From: an uncultured virus (IMG/VR IMGVR_UViG_3300030330_002895)
Taxonomy: Duplodnaviria; Heunggongvirae; Uroviricota; Caudoviricetes
IMG/VR virus record: IMGVR_UViG_3300030330_002895
Location: 48,470-68,469 of that record
Reading direction: 5' to 3' (one strand)
DNA length: 20,000 nucleotides
In this document: positions 7,359 to 16,122 of the stretch, piece after piece
Position numbering within the stretch: position 1 is the first letter of the stretch
Layout of the letters: every line of letters begins with the position of its first letter
Position numbers and translations under genes: made by a program
The notes under the pieces: generated by a model
Database searches by the model: none
The model's input: only the letters and a program-made list of their open reading frames with translations
Told to the model about the DNA's origin: nothing

Positions 7359-7849
7359 TGGCATTACAAGAGTTATTAGCATATTCAGCACAAAAAGTAA
7401 CAATAAAAGCTTTAAGAGGTAATCATTTTCAATTAGTGATTAATGTTAAAACAAGTAGTGGTGCTAATTATGATTTTACAAACTCTTCCACCGAAGTAGA
7501 TAATGGTTATTTTCAAGTTATAACTCCTTCTGGTAATCAAATGCAAAATATATATGCTGCTTATCAAGGCGGTACTTTAGAAAATATTGCGCCTGAACCT
7601 ATAACATTTGATACTGTTGTAGAAGATGGAAAAATAACAATTACGTCAACAAACAATAATGGTTTCTGGCCTGCCCCTGGTATATATAGATACAATATTT
7701 TTACACAAAAAGTTGACTCTACAGAAACTAATGACCAATTAACTCACTGGTTGTTTGGCGACTTTATTGTTATTGATGACAACCCTTCAAGTAACCTAGG
7801 AGGTGTTCCTGCTGCTGAGCAAGGATTTTTTCCTATAATAGAAGGATAA
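7358..7849 (+). CDS. Putative virion beta-sandwich protein (BppU-N-like RG-x-x-F pattern)
   Basis: KVTIKALRGNHFQLVINVK...YDFT...GKITIT...GIYRYNI...WLFGDFIV pattern typical of phage baseplate/tail Ig-like adaptor domains. Confidence 0.6.
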   Translation: MALQELLAYSAQKVTIKALRGNHFQLVINVKTSSGANYDFTNSSTEVDNGYFQVITPSGNQMQNIYAAYQGGTLENIAPEPITFDTVVEDGKITITSTNNNGFWPAPGIYRYNIFTQKVDSTETNDQLTHWLFGDFIVIDDNPSSNLGGVPAAEQGFFPIIEG

Positions 7850-7860
7850 AATAAAAAATT

Positions 7861-10800
7861 ATGCCTGAAAATATATCTACATATTGGGCAAAAAACGTTA
7901 AAATAAAAACATTAAGGGGCAATAGATTTGAATTTGTTTTAAATGTTAGAAATGAAGATGGCTCTGACTATTCTTTTCCAGAGGGCCATGTGGCGTTTTT
8001 TGCAGCTTTTAAAAACGTGTCTAACCCTGTGGGTACAATAATGCCCACATCTTCTGGCGCAGCTATACCCTTTAAAACTTTAGTTGAAGAAGGTAAAATT
8101 ACAGTAAACACTTTAGGTGGAGAAGAGTCGTTTTATCCAATAGTTGGAACATATAGCTATATTTTGTTTACATATAATCCTAATGATGTTGGCGTTAACT
8201 TAGAAGATTTAATGGAAAACATCATTCCAAATTGGCATTTAAGAGTTGGTTGGATGAGTGATGAATTAACTGATTTATGGACTAATCCTTATGAAACAGA
8301 TTCTAATATTTTACAAAATGGTTATTACGACGAATGGTTTCATGTTGTAGGAGACGAAGGACTTTATCCATGTTTTATACCAGAATGGAAACTTTTACAA
8401 GCAAATCAAGAGTCTGGTTCTAATTTATATTATAGCCAGCCTTTAATAGATTTTCCATATATAAATAATGACTACCTAGATAATAATGATGTTTGGAGCA
8501 ACAACAAGCTAACATATCAAAATGGAATGGAAGAGCTTGTTTTAAAAACTATTATACACAGAAAAAATATAGTTAAATGTATATTTGATGAAAGACAATA
8601 TTTGTATAAATGGTCAGTGGTTCCTATACCCGTTAGATACAATTCTCAATGTTCAGTTACAAATATACCACCACCTGCTACAGAAATTTTTCCAAATGCT
8701 AGCTCTTGGACTAATATTGATGGCGATTCTTATACTTTTCACACAGGCAATTATCCATTTAATTTTTCTCAATATGTAAATATAGACCCTGAAAACTCTG
8801 AAATTGGTACGGTGTTTAGTGCAGAAGAATTATTTAACCTAAGTCAATATTTTGATATAGATACAGGACTAACAACTATAGATTTTGCAACAATAGATAT
8901 GCCAGACACTGTTATTAATCTTTTGCCATTTGTTGATACTGTTGACGAAATGTTATCTGAAGACATATCAAGTCCAGGCTTTGGACTTAACAGCCAAGAT
9001 TTTTCTTATACTGGATTTTCAACTATGAGTGCTGCTACGTCATCATTTATGTATGCAACGTTTAATTATTTTTATGAACAATCTTTAGAATTGTCTGCCA
9101 ACTATGTTCCAGGAGACCTTTTGTATTACCCTATAAATGCAGAATTTGACAGTAATACAGTATTTTCTTTTCAAATGTATTTTTCAGGACTTAACCCAGA
9201 GCAAACATTTTTATCGTGGGGTATTTTTCCTTATGGTAATGGTCCTAGCGCTAATAATTTGGTGGCTACAAATTTAGTAGCTCCTGGTTATTTTGGTTTT
9301 CCTACTTTTGAAGAATATATAGAGTTTAATAGTATTGGAGGTTCTCCTCCAGGAAATTACACGCAAGGTTTAAATGACTGGAGAAGAATTAAGCCTGAAA
9401 AAGTGGGTTTACCGTACGCCCCAATAGAGTCTTTAGATGACTTAGACACTTTACTTTCTCCACCACCAATGGGGGTGTCAGACTATTTTACTGTAATGTT
9501 TGGAGGCGCTTCTTTAGAATATCCAGACGCTTTTCCTTGGTGGTCGTATTATCAAACTGGAGGCACTGGCAATATTAATGTTCCATATGTTTCTAATTAT
9601 AGCGCTATTTTTGCAGAAGGTGCTGAAATAACAGATGCATGGCTACCCTTTTATAGCCCACAATCTTTAGTTGATTGGAATGAAGACTATTTAATATTTC
9701 CTAAAACATCTTATTTTGTAGATATGTTTAACACATATCCTGAGCTAGGTCATATTCCTACAGACGCTATAGGGATAGAGGAACCAACCAATGTTATGCT
9801 TGAACAGTTAGGAAATGAATTTCCAATAAGCCCAGAGCATCAAAATCTTCCTGTAAACACAAATACACCTGGTTGGAATTTAATTCCATATTTAGGTCTT
9901 GAAAGTACTTTATGGAACTATTTAAACTACACTAATGAAGCTGATTTACCTGGATTTGTATTGTCGGGAGGTGGCGATGTCACATATTGGGGCGTGCCTA
10001 TAGAAGATGCATATGAACAAACACCAACATATAATGAATATATATTTGAATACGACGGAGTAGTGTATGATTTTTCTACTTGGAGTTTAGAGCCGTCTGT
10101 AGATGAAAATGGTTTTCCAATTTTAAACACATTACAAGAGCAACAGGCTTGGTATGGAAACAATCAAATAAATGACCAGGGGGAACCAACTGGACTTATA
10201 GATGATAACCTTACAGTTTATACACCTTTTGCAAGCCCTGACTCATTTGGGTACTCTTTTCCTGGTGGTTATTATAATCCTGCTAATCAGGGTTTGCCCC
10301 CTATACCTAATTCTATTGTAGATTTTGTTTCTAATACACCTGGATTAGACGGAACAATTTATGACTTATGGTGGAACATGTCTAACAGTTTAATAAATTC
10401 TATTACCGAAGTTAGCTCCGTTTTTTCTAATCAAATATATTTACAAGAACAATCGCCAGTAACTGCTTTTGATATAGGCATAAATAATGGACTTGATTTT
10501 CAAACTTCTAGTTACGGTTATAATAATGTAACTGAAGATTTTTTTAACCAAAGCTATGCGCCACAATTTGATGTGTATATATCTGGCTATATATTAAATG
10601 CAATGGCAGCACATGTTAGATTTTATCAAGAAGGAACGAATATAGGGACTGGTCAAATACACGCATTTTGCAGAATTACTCGTCCCGACGGAACAGGTTT
10701 TCCAGTAAAACCAGAATTTAATACTATATATGGCGAATATGAAATTAATGAATTTAATCAAATACAATCACAAGCAGGCAGCTCTTCATATGTTACTCCT

Positions 10801-13302
10801 TATGGCCTTGGAATGTTTACTGAAGTTTATAATTTAAATGATGAAGACACTGAAACAACAATTATACCTATAGCTAGAGCTCATCAATTTAATTTTAAAC
10901 CTGCTTTTGATGGGTCTGTGCTTACAGACGCCACCCCTGTAGCTGGACAACCTGGAGCTTATGAATTTCTTTTTAGGTTTGTTACCCCATTTGGAGGTGC
11001 TAATCAAGTAAATTCAAACACATTAGATAGTGTTATGGACACGGGTTGGGATTATATAGATTGGGATAATGCTGGTGATAGAAAATTTGTGGTTGAATAT
11101 AGGTTTGCAAATTTAAAAACAATGTCTCCACCTTTTGTTCCTGAAATAAAAAATTGGATTTTTTTAAACGCAAGTAAAAGGGTTTCTATTGTTAACTCTA
11201 TGCAACAAAGTGTATTAAAATTTACAGGCTATGAGCCTTTAATAGGGAGAACTAATCCTGGTAATATTAATAAAAACTATTGGACTATGGGTACTTCTGT
11301 TGTTGTAAATGGTAATTTTCCAGAAGTTCCAAACCCTGACAATTCTGGAATTTTTTCTAACGACGCACTTTATAGAATAGAGCACGTACCTCCAGAAGGT
11401 AGTATAATTAAATTTTTTTTAGAAGATATTGGAGATGAATTGGGTGAAGGCTACACAAATGTTGCAGAAAATTCAAGTTGGGATTATTATGGATATGGAG
11501 GGTCACTTGAAAATGAATTACCTATTGGTACTAATCAAGGTGGGCAACCTAGCGATATATATGATACATATGATTACTTTAATCCTTATTTTAATATTGA
11601 GATTAAAAGTACGTGGCAACATACGAATGGTCGATTTGGTATAGATATAAATCGTTTAACAGAAGTGTTGTGGGACGGTGCTCTTGGTGCTGCAATGGGT
11701 GCTCCAACGGGGGGTAATTACAGCGCTGCATTGTGGGGCGTAGAAATTAATCCAGAACATTATCCAATATATCAAATAGACCAGCTACCTAATGAAGGAG
11801 AATCTCTTTTTAAAGTTTACAATGCGTTGGGTGATGGTTTTGGTACTGAATTACCTCCAATTCTTTTTGATATGTATTATTTAAATGAATCAACTGGAGA
11901 AACAGGTATTGTAGAAATACGTAATGCAAGTTTGTATATGAGCATTCCTATCGCAAATAATGGATTGTCTTCTCTTTATAATGACAATAGCGGCCCTGTA
12001 AATGGTACTGGTGGAAGTTCTGGTTTTAATATAGAAACACCACTTAATTATCAAAATTGGAATGGAGTAAATGCTTTAGACGACACTCCTTATATTGAAC
12101 AAGTAGCTAATCAACAAAATATGTTATCTAGTGCGTGGTTAATTCCAAGGTCAAGAATTTTAAATACTAAGCGAATATTTTGGCATGGGGCTACCTCACA
12201 GAATACGGAAGAAAATGAAATAATTACTTCATATTATGGAATGACATATAGTGAAATAAATTCTAATTGGCAGGGTCTTGCAGGTTATTTATCTTTAAGC
12301 CCCATAGACAATGAATTTGAGACTAGAGGAGGCTCTAACAATAGTAGGGACATAACTGCTATATTGCCGCAAAACCCAGAGTGGCATGGCAATCCAATGA
12401 AATTTTGGTTTGAAAGCAGAGAGTTTTACAAGCCAAGAATTATAGGGGGACCTCCTCCAGAGCTTGGTGGAACAAACCCGTATTGGCAAGCAGAAGAAAT
12501 ATGTTTAAGAGCGGGTGGAGTTTTTATAAATAAGATTAGTGGAGGGCATGTAGAAATTAATGCACAAAATTGTTCATATACTGATGTTTTTTGGACTCCA
12601 GAAATAATGGCTGAATGGCCAACAGACCCAGAGTCAGGACTTTTTATTCCCGCAGAACACCCTAATGGAAGTGGTCAATTAATATATGGAAAAGTTTATG
12701 CTTATTGGGTTCCTCCTGGAAGAGGTATGGCTCCTCCAAGAATAACTTTTTTAAGCAAAAGTATTAGAAGGGTAAACTATACAGAATTTTTAGGAACTGA
12801 TGCGCAAAGTCAGCCTTCTAGGGTTGTAGAAAGAAAAGGTGAATTGAGAGTGTCAGGAACAGCCATGACTATGGATTTGATGAAACTTACAATAAATGAA
12901 CCTCCTGAATATAATTTGTTTGAATACACGGTAAAAATAACTAAGGCTGATGACCCAGAATTTATATATGATACTTTTGATATAGACGCATCTGTGCCCT
13001 TTCCAACTGATTTTGAAAATTATGATTGGTCACAACCCACTACTGTCACAAATCAAACTACAATATTTTTAGGACAAATGGGCATACCTGATGGTCAAGA
13101 ATTGCAATTTTATATAAAACCAAAAGAAAGTTACAGGCAGTTTGATACATCTCAAGAATCCTACATAAGATTAGCTGGGACATACTTTTCAACTACATGG
13201 GGAAATAATTCGTATCTTAGTGAAGACGTGTTAACTCCTGTAAAAGCAAATTATTGGTTATATGGAGATTTTGTAGTAAATAAAAATAACGAAAACGAGT
13301 AA
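7861..13302 (+). CDS. 1813-aa acidic, aromatic-rich protein: split paralog of 7358..7849 carrying a giant insertion; probable virion appendage
   Basis: Uninterrupted ORF. The N-terminal ~105 aa and the last ~17 aa align to the upstream 163-aa protein. Confidence 0.8.
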   Translation: MPENISTYWAKNVKIKTLRGNRFEFVLNVRNEDGSDYSFPEGHVAFFAAFKNVSNPVGTIMPTSSGAAIPFKTLVEEGKITVNTLGGEESFYPIVGTYSYILFTYNPNDVGVNLEDLMENIIPNWHLRVGWMSDELTDLWTNPYETDSNILQNGYYDEWFHVVGDEGLYPCFIPEWKLLQANQESGSNLYYSQPLIDFPYINNDYLDNNDVWSNNKLTYQNGMEELVLKTIIHRKNIVKCIFDERQYLYKWSVVPIPVRYNSQCSVTNIPPPATEIFPNASSWTNIDGDSYTFHTGNYPFNFSQYVNIDPENSEIGTVFSAEELFNLSQYFDIDTGLTTIDFATIDMPDTVINLLPFVDTVDEMLSEDISSPGFGLNSQDFSYTGFSTMSAATSSFMYATFNYFYEQSLELSANYVPGDLLYYPINAEFDSNTVFSFQMYFSGLNPEQTFLSWGIFPYGNGPSANNLVATNLVAPGYFGFPTFEEYIEFNSIGGSPPGNYTQGLNDWRRIKPEKVGLPYAPIESLDDLDTLLSPPPMGVSDYFTVMFGGASLEYPDAFPWWSYYQTGGTGNINVPYVSNYSAIFAEGAEITDAWLPFYSPQSLVDWNEDYLIFPKTSYFVDMFNTYPELGHIPTDAIGIEEPTNVMLEQLGNEFPISPEHQNLPVNTNTPGWNLIPYLGLESTLWNYLNYTNEADLPGFVLSGGGDVTYWGVPIEDAYEQTPTYNEYIFEYDGVVYDFSTWSLEPSVDENGFPILNTLQEQQAWYGNNQINDQGEPTGLIDDNLTVYTPFASPDSFGYSFPGGYYNPANQGLPPIPNSIVDFVSNTPGLDGTIYDLWWNMSNSLINSITEVSSVFSNQIYLQEQSPVTAFDIGINNGLDFQTSSYGYNNVTEDFFNQSYAPQFDVYISGYILNAMAAHVRFYQEGTNIGTGQIHAFCRITRPDGTGFPVKPEFNTIYGEYEINEFNQIQSQAGSSSYVTPYGLGMFTEVYNLNDEDTETTIIPIARAHQFNFKPAFDGSVLTDATPVAGQPGAYEFLFRFVTPFGGANQVNSNTLDSVMDTGWDYIDWDNAGDRKFVVEYRFANLKTMSPPFVPEIKNWIFLNASKRVSIVNSMQQSVLKFTGYEPLIGRTNPGNINKNYWTMGTSVVVNGNFPEVPNPDNSGIFSNDALYRIEHVPPEGSIIKFFLEDIGDELGEGYTNVAENSSWDYYGYGGSLENELPIGTNQGGQPSDIYDTYDYFNPYFNIEIKSTWQHTNGRFGIDINRLTEVLWDGALGAAMGAPTGGNYSAALWGVEINPEHYPIYQIDQLPNEGESLFKVYNALGDGFGTELPPILFDMYYLNESTGETGIVEIRNASLYMSIPIANNGLSSLYNDNSGPVNGTGGSSGFNIETPLNYQNWNGVNALDDTPYIEQVANQQNMLSSAWLIPRSRILNTKRIFWHGATSQNTEENEIITSYYGMTYSEINSNWQGLAGYLSLSPIDNEFETRGGSNNSRDITAILPQNPEWHGNPMKFWFESREFYKPRIIGGPPPELGGTNPYWQAEEICLRAGGVFINKISGGHVEINAQNCSYTDVFWTPEIMAEWPTDPESGLFIPAEHPNGSGQLIYGKVYAYWVPPGRGMAPPRITFLSKSIRRVNYTEFLGTDAQSQPSRVVERKGELRVSGTAMTMDLMKLTINEPPEYNLFEYTVKITKADDPEFIYDTFDIDASVPFPTDFENYDWSQPTTVTNQTTIFLGQMGIPDGQELQFYIKPKESYRQFDTSQESYIRLAGTYFSTTWGNNSYLSEDVLTPVKANYWLYGDFVVNKNNENE

Positions 13303-13303
13303 A

Positions 13304-13594
13304 ATGAAATATTTAGTTGACAAAACATCTGGATTAAATATAGTTCATAATAATTTAAGTGGATTGCCAGAAATTACTATTAACTTAAGTTTGTCTAAAG
13401 CAAAAATAGTTTTAAAAAATAGCGCACATATAAGTGGCGTTTACGATTTAAACACTGGTAAAAAAAATCCAGGAATGTCATATTGTGAAATACAAGAAAA
13501 AAAACCAACCATTACAGATGATTGGATTTCTATTTCATCAACTACAAAAAATCAATTATCCCTTAACTTAAAAACTAAATTAAAACAATTATGA
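13304..13594 (+). CDS. Hypothetical protein
   Basis: 96-aa ORF tightly packed between neighbours (1-nt gap upstream, ATGA overlap downstream). Confidence 0.6.
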   Translation: MKYLVDKTSGLNIVHNNLSGLPEITINLSLSKAKIVLKNSAHISGVYDLNTGKKNPGMSYCEIQEKKPTITDDWISISSTTKNQLSLNLKTKLKQL

Positions 13595-14079
13595 AATTAG
13601 AAGTAATACGAGTGTCTAATAGCAATGACTCTACAAGTGGTTTATTATATATATCTCATGGAGATTTTGACAAAGAGTTTTTGTGTTACACTTTAGAAGA
13701 TGAATATAGAAAAGAAAAAAAATATGGAGAAACTAGAATCCCTGAAGGGACTTATAAGCTTGGCCTTAGAACAGTTGGTGGCTATAATGAAAAATATAAA
13801 AAACGTTTTAAAGACATTCATATTGGCATGCTTCACGTTCTTGATGTGCCTAATTTTGAGTATATACTTATACATTGTGGTAATACTGACGAGCATACAG
13901 CTGGCTGCCTCCTTGTGGGAGACACCCAAGAAAACAACAAAATCAAGAAGGACGGTTTTATAGGTAAGTCATCACAAGCATATAAAAGAATATATCCTGA
14001 AATAGCTAAAGCTATAAAAATAGGTCAGGAAGTAACAATCACATATAAAGATATAACTAACGGTAATTGTGTATGTTAA
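13591..14079 (+). CDS. DUF5675-family protein, candidate cell-wall enzyme/endolysin
   Basis: CYTLED, IPEGTYKL and ILIHCGNTDEHTAGCLLVG are signature motifs of DUF5675; gene is adjacent to a holin. Confidence 0.8.
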   Translation: MKLEVIRVSNSNDSTSGLLYISHGDFDKEFLCYTLEDEYRKEKKYGETRIPEGTYKLGLRTVGGYNEKYKKRFKDIHIGMLHVLDVPNFEYILIHCGNTDEHTAGCLLVGDTQENNKIKKDGFIGKSSQAYKRIYPEIAKAIKIGQEVTITYKDITNGNCVC

Positions 14080-14459
14080 AAGGTATAGTAAAAAACCTGA
14101 TAGGTAATGCAGGTGAAATATTAGATGAGGTAATAACCACAGACGAAGAAAGGTTAGATGCTAAAAGAAAGCTTAAAGAGCTGATACTCAGTCATCAAGC
14201 TCAAATGGAGCAAAATATAACTGACAGGTGGAAAGCTGACATGAACAGTGATTCTTGGCTTTCAAAAAACGTTAGACCATTAATGCTTATATTTGTAATG
14301 GTATGTACCATGCTTTTAATATTTATAGACGCTGGATTTCTTGAGTTTCAAGTGGAAGAAAAGTGGACAGATTTATTAACAATGGTACTAATAACAATCG
14401 TGGGTTCTTATTTTGGAGGACGTTCGTTAGAAAAGGTTAGAAATGGCAAAGCTAAATAG
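14073..14459 (+). CDS. Holin of the 3TM gene-transfer-agent type (GTA_holin_3TM-like)
   Basis: RWKADMNSDSWLSKNVRP, two C-terminal TM segments and YFGGRSLEK; ATG at 14073 preferred as start. Confidence 0.85.
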   Translation: MLKGIVKNLIGNAGEILDEVITTDEERLDAKRKLKELILSHQAQMEQNITDRWKADMNSDSWLSKNVRPLMLIFVMVCTMLLIFIDAGFLEFQVEEKWTDLLTMVLITIVGSYFGGRSLEKVRNGKAK

Positions 14460-14568
14460 TTTTATATACAGAAGTAATGGGGGTAAAAAACGAAAAGGCG
14501 TGCATAGCAAAAATGCTAGCAAGTCACAAAATAGTTACAAAAAACCCTATAGGGGACAAGGAAGATAA
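14443..14568 (+). CDS. 41-aa basic protein ending KPYRGQGR (absent from the ORF track)
   Basis: Translated by hand: MAKLNSFIYRSNGGKKRKGVHSKNASKSQNSYKKPYRGQGR*. It fills the gap between the holin and 14572; I recall the YRGQG terminus from other small phage proteins. Confidence 0.75.
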   Translation: MAKLNSFIYRSNGGKKRKGVHSKNASKSQNSYKKPYRGQGR

Positions 14569-14571
14569 ATT

Positions 14572-14901
14572 ATGGCAAAAACACCAGCATGGCAAAGAAA
14601 AGAGGGTAAAAACCCTAGTGGTGGCTTAAATAAAAAAGGAGTTGCTTCTTATAGAAGAGCAAACCCTGGCTCTAAACTTAAAACAGCTGTAACCACTAAG
14701 CCTTCTAAATTAAAAAAAGGAAGTAAAGCTGCTAAAAGACGTAAATCTTTTTGTGCTAGAATGAAAGGTATGAAAAAAAGACTTACTAGCGCAAAAACAG
14801 CAAGAGACCCAAATTCAAGAATAAATAAATCTCTTCGTAAATGGAATTGTAATACAGGTTGTAGAGTTCCTATGAGAAAAGCTGGAGAACAATACGATTA
14901 G
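14572..14901 (+). CDS. DUF6321-like basic protein ending in QYD
   Basis: AWQRKEGKNPSGGLN...GSKLK...RRKSFCARMKG...SLRKWNC is a recognisable phage family pattern; terminal EQYD. Confidence 0.75.
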   Translation: MAKTPAWQRKEGKNPSGGLNKKGVASYRRANPGSKLKTAVTTKPSKLKKGSKAAKRRKSFCARMKGMKKRLTSAKTARDPNSRINKSLRKWNCNTGCRVPMRKAGEQYD

Positions 14902-14903
14902 TT

Positions 14904-15095
14904 ATGGCAAAGAAAGATGCATGTTATTATAAAGTAAAACGTAGATATAAGGTTTGGCCTTCTGCATATGCAAGTGGTGCATTGGCTAAATGTAGAAAAA
15001 AAGGTGCTAAGAATTGGGGAACTGGTGGTAAAAAGAAAAAGAAAATGGCGCATGGTGGTAAAATTTGTTGTTTAATGAAGTATCAAAAAGATTAA
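14904..15095 (+). CDS. Small basic phage protein (KDACY-x-KVK...WPSAYASG motif)
   Basis: KKDACYYKVKRRYKVWPSAYASGALAKCRK, a motif I recall from marine phage proteins. Confidence 0.75.
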   Translation: MAKKDACYYKVKRRYKVWPSAYASGALAKCRKKGAKNWGTGGKKKKKMAHGGKICCLMKYQKD

Positions 15096-15364
15096 TGGCT
15101 GTACGTAAAACAAAAAAAGGTTTAGCTCTTAAACGATGGTTTAAAGAAGATTGGAGAACTCCGTCAGGCAAAAAAGATTATAGTGGTGGTGAAAGCACAT
15201 TTCGTCCTACAAAACGTGTATCAAAGAAAACGCCCTCTACATGGTCAGAGCTTACATCTGCAGAAAAGGCTGCGGCAAAAAAAGAAAAAAGAAAAAAGGG
15301 TAGGGTTGGTCGATATAAAAAGAAAAGAAAAAAAGAGCAAGGAGGTTTAATACAATACGATTAA
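15095..15364 (+). CDS. Basic phage protein (LKRWFKE-x-W...RP-x-KRVS-x-KTP motif, possibly DUF5872-like) ending in QYD
   Basis: Start taken at ATG 15095 (TAATG overlap with the previous stop) rather than TTG 15065; terminal IQYD. Confidence 0.7.
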   Translation: MAVRKTKKGLALKRWFKEDWRTPSGKKDYSGGESTFRPTKRVSKKTPSTWSELTSAEKAAAKKEKRKKGRVGRYKKKRKKEQGGLIQYD

Positions 15365-15365
15365 T

Positions 15366-15644
15366 ATGGCAAGAAATTCATTAGCTGGTAAAAGAACGGG
15401 TAAATCTAAAACTGCAAAATATTATGCTAAAAATCCTAAAGCTAGGGCAAAAAAGAAAAAGTATGATACAAATTACCACAAATCTTCATCAAGAAAAAAA
15501 TACCGCGCAAAGCTGAACAAGTTTAATAAAAATAATCCAAACAGCAGAAAAGGTGATGGTAAAGATGCGTCTCATACACAAACAGGTTCTTTAGTTTTAG
15601 AGCTACAAAGACGTAATAGAGCTAGAAATAGGGGCAAAAAGTAG
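15366..15644 (+). CDS. Basic protein with a degenerate HNH-like motif
   Basis: KGDGKDASH...LVLE...NRARN resembles the GDGKDVxH...NR small HNH-like phage proteins. Confidence 0.6.
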   Translation: MARNSLAGKRTGKSKTAKYYAKNPKARAKKKKYDTNYHKSSSRKKYRAKLNKFNKNNPNSRKGDGKDASHTQTGSLVLELQRRNRARNRGKK

Positions 15645-15647
15645 ATT

Positions 15648-15693
15648 TTAACATGCATTTGTTAATAAAATACTGTTTTTTTTTGTGTTTTTT
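15648..15693 (+). terminator. Possible weak terminator
   Basis: TTAACA/TGTTAA inverted repeat (15648-15665) followed by long T tracts in the intergenic gap; the stem is weak. Confidence 0.25.
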
Positions 15694-15717
15694 AATAAAT
15701 TTTAACCAAATTTGGGC

Positions 15718-16122
15718 ATGTTCGACATGAAATATCTTATTATAGCTTCTATACAAGCTACAAAAAATAAGCATGAACTTGATGAAAAAGTAAAAGAGCT
15801 CCCTGGCTCATGGGATATAATTTATCCTGACGGAACATTGATTACTACAAACAATATAAATACTGATGAAGAAATATGCAAAGATTGTTATACAAGATTA
15901 GCATATGTAAAAACTTTTGAAAATTCAGAAAAAGATAACAGAACATATCTTCAGGTAGACTCAATGGAAGTTTATATTAAATACCATATATTAAAAAATC
16001 CAAAATTATTTGTTGCAGATTCTAAGTGCTTTAGTAATATGAGCATGGGATTTGACATAAATAATATTGTAGAAGAGCTAGGGGTGTCTAAAAAAAATAT
16101 AATGTATACAGTTAAATTATGA
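15718..16122 (+). CDS. Hypothetical protein
   Basis: ORF of ~134 aa with an ATGA overlap into the next gene; start uncertain (15712/15718/15727). Confidence 0.6.
   Translation: MFDMKYLIIASIQATKNKHELDEKVKELPGSWDIIYPDGTLITTNNINTDEEICKDCYTRLAYVKTFENSEKDNRTYLQVDSMEVYIKYHILKNPKLFVADSKCFSNMSMGFDINNIVEELGVSKKNIMYTVKL

Noticed and set aside
8176..13248. Intein or mobile element as the explanation for the giant insertion
   Set aside because: No Cys/Ser-start Hint block, His-Asn terminus, LAGLIDADG or transposase motifs were seen, and the composition looks extracellular.
1909..13963. Short nested or antisense ORFs (1909, 3053, 3555, 4522, 5326, 6128, 6663, 8585, 9927, 11429, 12295, 13693, 13700)
   Set aside because: All overlap longer motif-bearing genes and show no recognisable features.
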